From: an uncultured Acidiferrobacterales bacterium
Lineage (GTDB): Bacteria > Pseudomonadota > Gammaproteobacteria > Acidiferrobacterales > UBA6901
Length of the DNA: 44,434 bases
Direction: 5' to 3'
NCBI GenBank assembly: GCA_964355495.1
Contig: CAYHES010000004.1
Location: 1 to 44,434 of the forward strand
In this document: positions 44,397 through 44,434 of the stretch, in pieces
Layout: each line of letters begins with the position of its first letter
Numbering within the stretch: the stretch's first letter is position 1
Position numbers and translations under genes: made by a program
The notes under the pieces: model-generated
Database searches by the model: none
Told to the model about the DNA's origin: nothing
The model's input: only the letters and a program-made list of their open reading frames with translations

Positions 44397-44434
44397 TAAA
44401 TAAAGGTAGCAATTGACACGGGGAAGTGATATGC

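Overview
This is a 44.4-kb stretch of a GC-rich proteobacterial chromosome with about 50 genes. All calls come from reading the ORF translations and the DNA by eye. No database search was run, so family names rest on remembered motifs. Most of the window is core metabolism and signalling: cysQ, an FGGY kinase, glpD-like and GDPD genes, dadA, pbpG, tpm, msrA, rhlE, cspA, hsp20, and three GGDEF proteins. Several accessory or unusual parts stand out.

- **Type I R-M operon (39.0-44.4 kb).** The order is hsdR-hsdM-hsdS, and it carries three separate lesions or insertions:
  - A GIY-YIG nuclease mini-cassette, bracketed by two ~96-nt nested-palindrome repeats, sits between hsdR and hsdM.
  - A REP-like palindrome is inserted in frame inside hsdM.
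  - hsdS stops about 30 codons into its second target-recognition domain, at an abrupt switch to AT-rich DNA at the window edge.
- **Bufferin-type RiPP cluster (31.3-34.2 kb).** It has two tandem DUF2282 precursors, then DUF692 (MNIO), DUF2063 and DoxX. A repeat element sits between DUF2063 and DoxX.
- **Operon of three signal-peptide proteins (1.0-4.0 kb).** One ends in a MepA-like LAS zinc-peptidase signature. There is a clear local drop in GC.
- **Gene decay.** An Lhr helicase has collapsed by a large internal deletion, and a thioesterase stub lies in frame after the glpD-like stop.
- **Four unrelated families of palindromic repeats.** Two of them are physically wrapped around small nuclease genes (DUF559 and GIY-YIG). 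I consider this nuclease-plus-cognate-hairpin arrangement, reminiscent of RAYT/REPIN, the best candidate for something not yet described.
- **Unusual domain architectures.** These are a Ser/Thr kinase-HDOD-GAF protein, a TfoX_C-Tag fusion, a REC-CheC-like regulator coupled to a PAS-GGDEF cyclase, and an NYN-LOTUS protein.

I saw no rRNA, tRNA, CRISPR array or classical IS/transposase.
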